This document shows, piece after piece, positions 27,740 to 37,700 of a stretch of 64,000 bases of DNA. Each line of letters begins with the position of its first letter. Positions within the stretch are counted from its first letter, which is position 1. The stretch is from contig JBGTEY010000003.1 in assembly GCA_041747555.1 (NCBI GenBank), positions 19,127-83,126 on the forward strand, written 5' to 3'. The stretch comes from Patescibacteria group bacterium. GTDB lineage: Bacteria; Patescibacteriota; Microgenomatia; UBA1400; PJMF01. The notes below the pieces were generated by a model. It worked only from the letters and a program-made list of their open reading frames with translations, was not told where the DNA came from and ran no database searches. Position numbers and translations under genes: made by a program.

Positions 27740-28177
27740 ATGAAACCAACTCAAGAAAAGAAATCGCCTTTAAAACCGAAGGTCTCTGCGCTGGTTACAA
27801 ACGGCACCGCGTTCATCCTTAGTTTCTTTATTTTTGCCCAGCAAGCATTTGCTCAAAGCGCTTGGTCTGGCGTTTGTGTTGGTGGAGATGACAATGATGT
27901 TGCCACAATTCAAGGTCTAGAGTGCCTCATTGCCAATGTGTTTCAAGTAATTTTAACCGTTATTGGCTTGGCTGGTTTTGTAATGATGATTGTCGGTGCG
28001 TTCCGCTGGCTAGTTTCAGGTGGAAATACTAAGGGCGTCGAGTCTGCGCGCAATACCATTACCTTCGCTGTAGTAGGGTTGGTTGTGGCACTGAGCGCAT
28101 TTATCGTTCTCAACTTGATCGCATCATTCACTGGCGTCAACGTTATCACCTCGTTTGTGATTCCTGAGTCAACGTAA
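27740..28177 (+). CDS. VirB2/TrbC-like pilin paralog 8
   Basis: Signal ...AFAQS and loop VSGGNTKGVESARNT. The ATG is 7 nt downstream of tatact, giving a leaderless-type layout. Confidence 0.55.
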   Translation: MKPTQEKKSPLKPKVSALVTNGTAFILSFFIFAQQAFAQSAWSGVCVGGDDNDVATIQGLECLIANVFQVILTVIGLAGFVMMIVGAFRWLVSGGNTKGVESARNTITFAVVGLVVALSAFIVLNLIASFTGVNVITSFVIPEST

Positions 28178-28234
28178 GTTTTATCACCAACTCACTTGGT
28201 TTTCCTCACCTCAATACCCTGATATACTATCCTT

Positions 28235-31200
28235 GTGTTGAAAAACCTCTTCTCGCTAGCGGTATTTTTTGTGATGGTCGTCTTTGGACTATTCTCGGCA
28301 AATGCTGCACAAGCACAAACTGTGGGCTCACACCTAGGTGTAGGAGACATTGGTGGCCAAATTAGTAACATACAGGTGCTCAGGGCAAATGGTGCGGGTC
28401 AAGGTTTTCCGGTAACTGCTCTACTCAATGTCAACACCGCTGGCAATAACGAGCAAAGCATGCGAGATTTGCAGTTTGAGATTACTGAAGCGGGCTTTTA
28501 TCCCATTATTCGTATTACCCATGTGTGTGATCCTGCGCTGACTGAACCCTTTGTTAGAGCGGCTATTGATAATATTAACGCTACCTTTACTCAAGAACAC
28601 ACTATTGTTTATGGAAATGAAGTCAATAATGCTGCGGCAGAATGCCCTGACCCAGAGCAATATGTTCGGGAATACAACTGGATTAATGATATGGCCAATG
28701 TGGTGCCGGCAGCACTTGACTTTTACAACGGAGATTTCCCTACAAGCACATTCTTTACTGCTGGAAATGGAAGTGCAGGCACAATCTATAGCGGTAACGG
28801 ACCATTTGCTGCAAATGCCTATGGCTGTGTTGGTACGCTTGACCCAACTTGCGAACCTGCTACCACCGACACTCACGAACAAGGATATGCTCGCTATTCA
28901 AGTGCAGACTATTACATCCTCACCGAATTCTCACTCTCGCCCGAGGGTCGTGTGCCCGGAGCTCCAGACACCAACCTCGAAAAAGTTATTGAATTCATTC
29001 AAGGTCGCGCTGGAGACACTGGCGCCCGTTACATCACTCCCCTCGTCAGAAACGTCTGCAACAATGAAGGAGAATGGCTTTTGTACGTCAACGGCAGGCT
29101 ATTCACCATGAATAGTACCGAGGTTACCGATAATTGTGAGGGAAATCCTGGCGGGTATGGGGATGGATACCCATTTTATGATGTGAGTGATTCAGATTTT
29201 TACATTACTCCAATCAAATCACTGGGGCTGAACATCGATCCAGCGGCCAAATCTGCAGCAATTCGATCAGAACTTGCTCAATCTGGATACGAAGCATACT
29301 GCGCAATGGATGGAATAACGGTTCGCCCTGAATATAACTCAATGGACCTGATCAATCGCTTTTTGGAATTGCAAACAGAAGGGCGTGCCGATCCACTCCT
29401 TGGCGCAACCGCCAACTCTGTAGCGGTTCTAGACTTTACTACTGCTAAAACACCTGTTTGGCGAGATGTCGGTGTTGGCACTCGCAGATTTATGATGACA
29501 TCCCTTGAGGAATATTTTTCGTTCAAAGACGTGTATGACGTACCAGGCTCAACAAACGCAACTCGAGAAGTGGCTTCAGGAGCTATAAACTCACTCCTCA
29601 CCACACACCAACGCTGTGTTCAGTCTGCAAAAACAATCGTCGCAACCCAATTAATGTGTGAAAAACTTGAAGATCTTGGATCGTCGTGCGCATTGCGATC
29701 GAGAGAGGTCCCTGGGACCAACTATACGATGCAAACAATTATTGATGAGATGAATAAAGTAGCAGAAGCAACGGGCAATCACCCTAGAGCTGGAGAGGAA
29801 GTAGCATTTTGCGATGATGTTATTTACGACTTTGAGGAAATTTCTGAGATCACGCAAGAATTCAGGAAAGGTATCTTGAACGTCAATCTGCACATGGATC
29901 GAGCGTATAGATTAGCCTTTTTGGTTGCGCGGATTACAACACTTAGCCCTGGAGATGGCACGTTTGCGAATATGTTTAACTTCTTTACCGGAACCACCCG
30001 ATCTGGAATACCTCGAGATGAGGTGCTCATTATTGCTTTTAAAGTGCCAGATTTTGCTACAAACAGGGGTGGTGGTGAATCGAGTGGCAGCTACTACTGG
30101 GAAGACGCAGCATACTTAACCAGAAACGCACTCATAACTAAAGATAGAATCGCAGAAATAAATGACGAACTTAGAGCTGCGAAACGAAATGAGATCGAAG
30201 CAAACGCCAATAGTGCTGGAAATCGCTCGCAAGGTACGGGTGACAAGATTTTCTGCATCGATGGCGCATTTCCTGATGGAAACGGCTCACAAGCATGCAA
30301 AACACCCGTCGGCAAAGCTGTCGTCGACATTATTAACGGCAATGGCACCGCATGCTCAGAAGATATTGAGCCAGCAAATCAAATCTCTGATGCCGCCGGA
30401 CTCAATCCTATCCCCCCAGAGCAAAACACGGGCAAAATTTTCACCGCAGAGAATGGCGGAGATGTACTGATGAATCTATTTTTCGGAGATGGCACCCACC
30501 TCAGAAATGACGTCTACGATCCTCAAGCAGCCCGCACCACCCCCCAAGGTGCGACCTTTGGACAATTTCAAACAGTCTGGGATATCACACCAGATAGCTG
30601 GCCACCCACAGTTGGAAGTACTTCTGTTGAATTTTACTTAACATACCCGGCTGGATTTGAACAAGAATACATTGAACAAGTGTTAGCCGGCACCTTTTTT
30701 ACCCAACAAGAACTGGCTAACATCAGGGGGGAGAATCTAGAGATACCCGCTGATCCCGAACTTAAGGATCGATTCTCGATGATTGGTGGGCTGTTTGGAT
30801 TAAACACGGGCTCAATAAGTCATACATTTACCGATCCAGATGACTGCGAACTCGTAGAGCCAGAACCCATCATTGATCCAGAAACAGGTGAAGAAGTTAT
30901 CTATCCATACATTGATCCTGAAACCAAAAAACTCATCACAGGCCCTCCTCCACCCACTGAGGTTTGTAAAGAAAAAACCTTTTCGATCTCAATCGATACC
31001 GACCCTGTCGACTCGGTGCAGATTCTCGGCGCACGAATTGGCTTCTGGTCACGAACTGCACAACTCAAAATCAGCAGCTACTTCAGTCAGTCGCACGCAT
31101 ACCTTCTCTCTTGTAGCACCACAGAAGAATTCTTATTGGGAAATTGTGCCGGTGGTGCTCCCCCAGTTATTGCGGATCCAGTCCCAGATATTCCTCCGGT

Positions 31201-31759
31201 TGCTCGGTGTGAGGAGGGTAGTCCAAGAATTACCAGCGGCGAAAACGCACAGCATGTTTTCTCACTTGCCGATCCAAACTGTACCATCTATGAGGAGAGC
31301 GTTCACAACATTCCGGGCTGGAAAAATGAAAATGAATCCTATAGACCATGTGACGAACTGTACTCATATGTAGCCTGCACCTACCCCAACACGCTTATTG
31401 AAAATCAGGTGAATGCAGCAGGGGAATTTGTAGACGAAGGCGTAATGACCGCATGCGAATATGTCGTCCAAAGAGCGCAAGCTGCCGGCATCAGTCCCCG
31501 ATTCGCACTTGCAATGTGGGGTGAGGAGTCCGGATTTAGTAATTATGGCGGACCTGATTTGGGAGCAATATTTGTGGATTATCCCAACCTTGGTACACAA
31601 ATGACGGCATTTATTGGGGCGGTGAATGAGAACGATAATTACTTGGATTTTCTGGTTCAATACTCTGAAGGAACTTCGAATGTTGGCACGAACCGATTCT
31701 GCTCAAATCCCTGGTTCGTTGGTCGACTAAAAGAGTACCACGAATTTTTAGGACCTTGA
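28235..31759 (+). CDS. Large secreted protein (1174 aa), hypothetical; possible lysozyme-like C-terminal region
   Basis: Signal peptide MLKNLFSLAVFFVMVVFGLFSANAAQAQ with a GTG start. It is Cys-rich and contains short IDPET repeats. The C-terminal region ...RAQAAGISPRFALAMWGEESGFSNYGG loosely resembles glycoside-hydrolase/lysozyme ExxS motifs; this is a weak match. Confidence 0.5.
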   Translation: MLKNLFSLAVFFVMVVFGLFSANAAQAQTVGSHLGVGDIGGQISNIQVLRANGAGQGFPVTALLNVNTAGNNEQSMRDLQFEITEAGFYPIIRITHVCDPALTEPFVRAAIDNINATFTQEHTIVYGNEVNNAAAECPDPEQYVREYNWINDMANVVPAALDFYNGDFPTSTFFTAGNGSAGTIYSGNGPFAANAYGCVGTLDPTCEPATTDTHEQGYARYSSADYYILTEFSLSPEGRVPGAPDTNLEKVIEFIQGRAGDTGARYITPLVRNVCNNEGEWLLYVNGRLFTMNSTEVTDNCEGNPGGYGDGYPFYDVSDSDFYITPIKSLGLNIDPAAKSAAIRSELAQSGYEAYCAMDGITVRPEYNSMDLINRFLELQTEGRADPLLGATANSVAVLDFTTAKTPVWRDVGVGTRRFMMTSLEEYFSFKDVYDVPGSTNATREVASGAINSLLTTHQRCVQSAKTIVATQLMCEKLEDLGSSCALRSREVPGTNYTMQTIIDEMNKVAEATGNHPRAGEEVAFCDDVIYDFEEISEITQEFRKGILNVNLHMDRAYRLAFLVARITTLSPGDGTFANMFNFFTGTTRSGIPRDEVLIIAFKVPDFATNRGGGESSGSYYWEDAAYLTRNALITKDRIAEINDELRAAKRNEIEANANSAGNRSQGTGDKIFCIDGAFPDGNGSQACKTPVGKAVVDIINGNGTACSEDIEPANQISDAAGLNPIPPEQNTGKIFTAENGGDVLMNLFFGDGTHLRNDVYDPQAARTTPQGATFGQFQTVWDITPDSWPPTVGSTSVEFYLTYPAGFEQEYIEQVLAGTFFTQQELANIRGENLEIPADPELKDRFSMIGGLFGLNTGSISHTFTDPDDCELVEPEPIIDPETGEEVIYPYIDPETKKLITGPPPPTEVCKEKTFSISIDTDPVDSVQILGARIGFWSRTAQLKISSYFSQSHAYLLSCSTTEEFLLGNCAGGAPPVIADPVPDIPPVARCEEGSPRITSGENAQHVFSLADPNCTIYEESVHNIPGWKNENESYRPCDELYSYVACTYPNTLIENQVNAAGEFVDEGVMTACEYVVQRAQAAGISPRFALAMWGEESGFSNYGGPDLGAIFVDYPNLGTQMTAFIGAVNENDNYLDFLVQYSEGTSNVGTNRFCSNPWFVGRLKEYHEFLGP

Positions 31760-31803
31760 TCCCAAAGGTCATATTTCACACTATTTAGAAAAACAGATAT
31801 GTA

Positions 31804-32745
31804 TCATCCGCCAGACGAAGTTCTTGTTGGCTGATAGTTGAGCGAACCAGGCTTAGGATTATTTGAACGGGAATTGTTTTTGGATGGCTGAGATTTTTGT
31901 TGTGATGGTTTGTGGGAAGAATACTTCTTTTCCCCCGGTGTAATCGTGATGCTGGCATTTGATCCCGAATCAGATCGTTTTGTATCACTAGCTCGCACTG
32001 CTTTACTCTTCTGCGCGCGCTCAGCCCCACTCCGCATCAATCGAGCGATGGTTTCAAACGTGTCTGCTGTCATACCAGGTGACTGAAAATTATCGGTGAC
32101 ATGCTCGATACCTCGCAATAAACCTGTCGCCGTTTCTGCAGAAACCGGCAATTGGGTTTCCTGCAGTAAGCGAGCCAATAGCTCACTACTTGATGAATAT
32201 CCAGAAGTATTAATATTTAATACGGCAAATGACGCATCAAACGCTGCAATAGATATCACACTTGCATCGCGATAATGATCCTCATATCCAAAATAAAGCT
32301 GCTTTAAGTCTTCGAGGTCACGAACTCCAATGAGAATAATAACTTCAGCGGCTATACCGGTGTAAGAAAAATCGACTTTGCTTGAGTCAAGTGGTGGGTG
32401 TCCTTGCTTGGGCTTAATTGTGAGATAAAATTTTCCTGAATCATCCCCTATATGGTAGCTAACTTTATCAACTGACTCCTCTGAATACTCAAAACTAATA
32501 GTTAAATTCTGATTACCGATCTCTGTGACCATGGTGGCAAGCCCGCTAAAAGCTGCTTGAGATGCAGGCTTTTCTGGTGAAGCGAGGGTTACTATTTTTC
32601 CCTGCTCTACAAGTGATTGTGCTAGTGCGCTCGCAACCCCAAGTTGGTCAAACGTTGGATCTGTCCCAAATGCCACCACAATTCTTTCTGCATCATTGAT
32701 GATGCTTTGAAATTGGGTGGAGTGCTGTGACTGAATCATAATCAA
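31804..32745 (-). CDS. DHH/NrnA-like phosphoesterase homolog with degenerate catalytic motifs and basic Ser-rich tail
   Basis: AERIVVAFGTDPTFDQLGVASALAQSL aligns with the NrnA region ...ILHRHVRPDPDAYGSQCGL. TATGLLRGIEHVTDNF aligns with YAGIVGDTGRF. The DHH triad appears as DHY, and the first His/Asp residues are replaced. Confidence 0.4.
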   Translation of the reverse strand: MIMIQSQHSTQFQSIINDAERIVVAFGTDPTFDQLGVASALAQSLVEQGKIVTLASPEKPASQAAFSGLATMVTEIGNQNLTISFEYSEESVDKVSYHIGDDSGKFYLTIKPKQGHPPLDSSKVDFSYTGIAAEVIILIGVRDLEDLKQLYFGYEDHYRDASVISIAAFDASFAVLNINTSGYSSSSELLARLLQETQLPVSAETATGLLRGIEHVTDNFQSPGMTADTFETIARLMRSGAERAQKSKAVRASDTKRSDSGSNASITITPGEKKYSSHKPSQQKSQPSKNNSRSNNPKPGSLNYQPTRTSSGG

Positions 32746-32922
32746 ACAAAAATACTAGGAGTGTGTCATTTTTATACCAGTCCACATTTGTAAATACAAG
32801 TAGTACTGCAAATATGATCATAAAAATGCCACTATTGTGCGCCTCACTCACGCTTAAAACAGCCGTCAACTCAATGAAATCCACCGTAGGCGGATCTCTC
32901 CTGTCTGCTATAATAAAACGCA

Positions 32923-34611
32923 ATGTTGAAAAAAGCTGCCACTTGGCTATTGATCGCAGTCTGCGTTTCTAGTGCATTTTTTGCGCTATCTCCAAGTATC
33001 GCTTTTGCTCAGGATGAAGAATATGCACCCTACAGCGCAGGTCAGGCAATGCTTGATAAAGAGCAGTACGATGCAGCTATCCGAAATTGCGACACCCCCT
33101 CACTTGAGTGCTTAGTGCACCAAATTTATAAATTTTCGATGATTGAATCAGTTAATTCAATTGCATACCGAGAAGGTCTGTCCGGCCCTGATGCTGGAGC
33201 TGGCATTAATGGTGGTACACAGGTCGCAAGATCTGGAGGTTTTGTTGGTGATGTTTTTGGGCTAATTGGCACATTTTATGAACAACCTCCTGCACGCACT
33301 AATGTTTGGGTGGCTGACACACTTGAAAGCATGAATATCGCGCAGCCCGCACAGGCTCAAGGCCTTGGGTTTGCAGCGCTCGACCCTATTCTCGATCTCT
33401 GGAAATTATTTAGAAATGTAGCATATGTGTTTTTTGTAGTTATTTTTGTGATTATTGGTTTCATGATCATGTTTCGCACCAAAATAGGTGGTCAAACTGC
33501 CGTAACCGCCCAACAAGCCATCCCCAGCATCATTATTAGCTTGATACTCGTTACATTTTCCTATGCCATCGCTGGATTTATGATTGATTTGATGTACGTG
33601 ATAATGTTCCTGATGGTTGGACTCTTCGGCACAACGATGACCACACAACAACCAGATATCATTAGTTGGAACATACTAGAATTAATGGGACACCTTTTCA
33701 AACATCCTGAGATAAGTAGCTTTAGTGGTAATGTTGACACAATTACTACCATGATTGAGGGAATGGCTGACAATGAAGCAATTGCTGGTGTTGGTGGCTT
33801 AATTGGTGGCATCACCCTTACGTTTGTGCTGGCTATAGCAATCCTTATCGGCACGTTTAAGCTCTTCTTTGAGTTACTCAAGTCATACGCAAGTATTGTG
33901 CTTGATGTGATTATTGCCCCAATTTACTTGATGGTCGGTGCAATTCCCGGCAGACAAGGGGTGTTTAAAGATTGGATTCGCGACTTAGCTGGAAACCTTG
34001 CGGCTTTTCCTGCCGTGCTACTTATGACGATCTTATTTTATGAATTTAGCGAAAACCAAGCGTTTCAAAGTGTTGACGACTACGGTGGTTTCATGCCTCC
34101 ATTTCTATTAGGTAGAGGCCAACCTGGCGCAATATCTTCACTACTAGGCTTGGCAATTATTTTGGCACTACCAGAGATCGTGAAGGAAGTTAAGACTGCA
34201 GTTGGAGCTAAAGAAGGTATTGGTACGAAGATTGCCGGATGGGCAGCATCGACAGCGAAGCAAGGTGTACCGTTGGGTGGACGAGCAGCGAGCATTCCTA
34301 TTGGCGGTGCGCTCGGTGCTGCGGGCAAGATGGTTGGCAATTTACCTGAAGCTAGAAGAAACAAAAGTCTGGAACACTTATTTGACGGAACTCTTGGCGC
34401 AGCAAGAAGAGGCGCTGGCAGAGGTGTTGAGGCAACAAGTTGGGCATCGAGGTCTATGGGAGCAAATCAACCAGATGTTCTCAACCTCATTACAAACCCA
34501 ATTGATAAAGTGCTAGGAAGTGATTCTATGAGAAGACAAGAAGCGTTCCAGCAGGCATATGAAGACGTCTTCCAAAGAGGCAGGAGTGTCTCTTCTCGCG
34601 ACCCCAAGTAG
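32923..34611 (+). CDS. Polytopic membrane protein with signal peptide; candidate VirB6/TrbL-like T4SS channel subunit
   Basis: Signal ...SIAFAQ, a ~150 aa extracytoplasmic head, then 6 or more TM helices and a Gly/Ala-rich cytoplasmic tail. The call rests on topology, size and T4SS context only. Confidence 0.35.
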   Translation: MLKKAATWLLIAVCVSSAFFALSPSIAFAQDEEYAPYSAGQAMLDKEQYDAAIRNCDTPSLECLVHQIYKFSMIESVNSIAYREGLSGPDAGAGINGGTQVARSGGFVGDVFGLIGTFYEQPPARTNVWVADTLESMNIAQPAQAQGLGFAALDPILDLWKLFRNVAYVFFVVIFVIIGFMIMFRTKIGGQTAVTAQQAIPSIIISLILVTFSYAIAGFMIDLMYVIMFLMVGLFGTTMTTQQPDIISWNILELMGHLFKHPEISSFSGNVDTITTMIEGMADNEAIAGVGGLIGGITLTFVLAIAILIGTFKLFFELLKSYASIVLDVIIAPIYLMVGAIPGRQGVFKDWIRDLAGNLAAFPAVLLMTILFYEFSENQAFQSVDDYGGFMPPFLLGRGQPGAISSLLGLAIILALPEIVKEVKTAVGAKEGIGTKIAGWAASTAKQGVPLGGRAASIPIGGALGAAGKMVGNLPEARRNKSLEHLFDGTLGAARRGAGRGVEATSWASRSMGANQPDVLNLITNPIDKVLGSDSMRRQEAFQQAYEDVFQRGRSVSSRDPK

Positions 34612-34708
34612 CGCTTTGGTCTCACGGAAAATTCCACATATTTCTTGACCACAAATAGAAGCATGAAAAGTTGAATAGTTTGGGATTTTTCCAACAGACT
34701 TGTAGTGA

Positions 34709-37700
34709 CTAATGATCTGCAGCCTGCTGCTGCTCTTTGATGGAGGGCTCTCTGAGGTAGCGCTTGAGTTTTCTATTGAATCGAGCCTCAAACCACCACG
34801 GCGATCGAATTTTGAAATTGATAGCTGGGATCGTAAATTCAGGAATAGCTGGTAGCTTGACCTTTTTGGGCTTTTCGAATCCAATAGTTCTAAAGGCTTT
34901 GCCCCTCAACTTGGAGAACAGCCTTGTATCGTTGACATCTTCACCCTTCAGTCTGAGACTTGTACCGTCTACAATTTTTTGCACCACGTAATCCCTTAAT
35001 ACATCTGGGAAGGTCTCTGCTTTGTTAAAGAGCTCTACTGAAACATCTCTAAATGACTTTGCCTTTACGAGTCTAGTTGGTTTTTTCGACTTCTCGTCAT
35101 ACTGATCGTAAATATCTTTTACATACCTCAATATCATCTCCTGACACGCTCCGATGAAGACATCGTAATAACGTGTTCCAACTAGGATGGGGTAAATTCC
35201 CTTGAGAGGTGAAAAGGCTGAGATAATTTGTCCGATTCCACTCGAGAGATCGTCCTCGTGTGTCAAGGTTGGTGGCTTGTTTGCGAGATTCACAAACTCT
35301 AACCATGAATTCATCGTTTTTATATACTCTGTGTATGTAATACCGCCATAATCACCCCCATCTCTGTCCAGAATGAGGTCCCAAATATAAGGGAAGAATG
35401 CCAGATCATCACCAACTTCAATTCCCCTCATCTTAGAAAGTGTTATTCTTCTATCAACCAACTCTCTGGCCTCAATAAATTCTTCCACATTGTCATCACC
35501 TTTGACCTTGGTTTTCCATTCAGTTCCTGTATTCCCCCTATATTTGAACCTACTCACATCTGGTGAGCGCTCCCCAGTGCTCTCAGATAGTACTTTCGTA
35601 CCATAGCGATCATTTGTGGGGAGTCGCAAGACCTGCCAAAGTATTTTTAGTTCTTTGGGAACGAATGCGAATGAGCGAATTTTATACATGATGTAGGACA
35701 TTGGCGACGCCTGCTTAATTGCAGAAATATCCCATGTTGGTTTATTTGTCTCAATGTATGCTGCCAAGTGAGGTGCATAGGCCTTTGCCCGCAGTTCCCC
35801 GATGAGCGCCATGAGTTGTATCCCAGTAATTGAAGATGGTTTTAAATCTGGGAAGAGAGCCTGAAGGACGTCACCTATGTTCAATTTTCCTTGCTTAAGT
35901 TCGAAATCTCTAGGATTTCCAAACCTACCATAATCATGCTCTAAGGGAATTGGTCTCCCGTTAACCAACTTTGTCGAACTCGACTCAACTACGAGAAGTT
36001 TTCCAATCACTGCTCCAGCATCGTTGCGAACCACTGGCGTACCTCCCCTCCCCTTATCAATCTTATGTATGGCAGGGTCGAGTGAAACTCGAGCACCTCC
36101 CATGAGAACGAAATTTTCTTTCTTTATCTCCTTTAGGCATCCAATATAGTCACCATTTTTATTTTTCAGTGGATTGCCATTATCGTCAACGTATGTGATT
36201 GTGCCGGCTAGAAATAGTTCTTCGATTTTCTCTGCTGCTCTATAATTTTCGGGGTCACTGAGAAATTCACGCATATCTGCCAAGCCAACCTCACCGCTAA
36301 TTTTTGCTCTCGATTCATCAAGGCTATCCCAGGCAAGTTGATTAAAGACATCTGAATTAGCAGCCCCAATAAATGCATCCCACAACAGCAATTTAATTGC
36401 CCATTCTTTTTTAGCTCCTATTTCTTCAGCAATTTCTCTAATTCTTTCTGCTTTCTTTAAAATTACTCCTTCGGAACCAGAACCTTTAGATGGTTTTTCT
36501 GATGAAACAATTTGACCGTATAGGACCTCCAGCTCATTTTCAAGCCTTTCCCTCTCTGGTAATCGCTGAGCAATATCAATTGCCTCAGTGAGGTGCTCTA
36601 CCGCCTTGGCGTGTCTACCAGATAAGTTATTTTCTCCAACGAGGTAGTTAATTATTTCTATAATTATTGGATTGTGGTCGTAATTTGCTCTGTTAAGTAA
36701 ATCTCTTGTCTGAGCGGCTTGGTATGCAGCATCAAGCGCTATTTTTATTGCTTCAAGAGAGGCCTTGGTGTGTGCGTCTGCTCGACTAGAGTGTGGCGCG
36801 ATATTCGCCAAATCGATATCTAGCGTAGTGTCAACAGCATCTGATAGCGGCTTCACCAACTGTCTGTACTGAGCCACTTCTTCACGTTCTGTGCCTAGCT
36901 TAATAGCCTCGGCATTTCGTGCTTCTCTTTCGTTGGCTCGCTGCAGCAATTTCTCTAAATGTTGCTTTCTGAGTGCATCTGTCGTCCTACGCACCAATGA
37001 CTCAAGCCTTGACAACTGGTTCCTCAACTCTTGTTGTTGTTGAGCAAGGTCTTGTTGAGAGGCTGGTACGCCCGTGTTTAATATATCAAGCAAATTCTTT
37101 AGGAGACCTGCCTCATATTTTTGTTTCCAATCTTCAAATTCTTTGTTTTTTAATCTCTTCACCCGAGTCTCAACATCTGCCAAAACTTGCTCGGCTGGCT
37201 TGACATATTCCCGATCTAAGAAGTCGGCAACTTGCCTTTTATTTCCACGAGATGAGCCTGGAATTTCGGAGTCAGCAATAGCATCTTTCAACCCACTCAG
37301 AAAAGTTCGTAGCTTACTCACATCTCTATCTTTTTCTGGATTCCAGTCGGGTTCATTCGCCAATCTAGTGGCAATTGAGGTCATGAGTGGTCCAACTTTT
37401 TTGGCGTCATCGGGATGCTTATCTGCAGGCCAGTTGGCTACGTCAATTTCTCTTGGTTGCTGAGGTTGATCAGGTGGTTGTGCCAGAGGTTCGCCGGTGA
37501 GCGCTCTGACTTCGCGTATCAAATCGTCAATTTCATCACTCCTTGGGCCAATGCTCATGTACTCCCGCGAGAGCTTGTCAATTTCTTTTTCCAAAAGAGT
37601 TCGGCCATACACTCCTGCGTCCCTTTTCAAACCAAGTAGTCTATCCTTGAATGGTTGAAATAAGTCAGCAGCTTCAGCTTTCTTTTGTGGATCTTTCGCC

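Noticed and set aside
24254-28177. Small secreted two-TM proteins as holins, bacteriocins or type IV (competence) pilins
   Set aside because: They lack the class-III prepilin G|FxxxE motif, have no phage or lysis-cassette context, and have no immunity-gene pairing. The signal-peptide, TM, charged-loop, TM layout and T4SS neighbourhood fit VirB2/TrbC-type pilins better.
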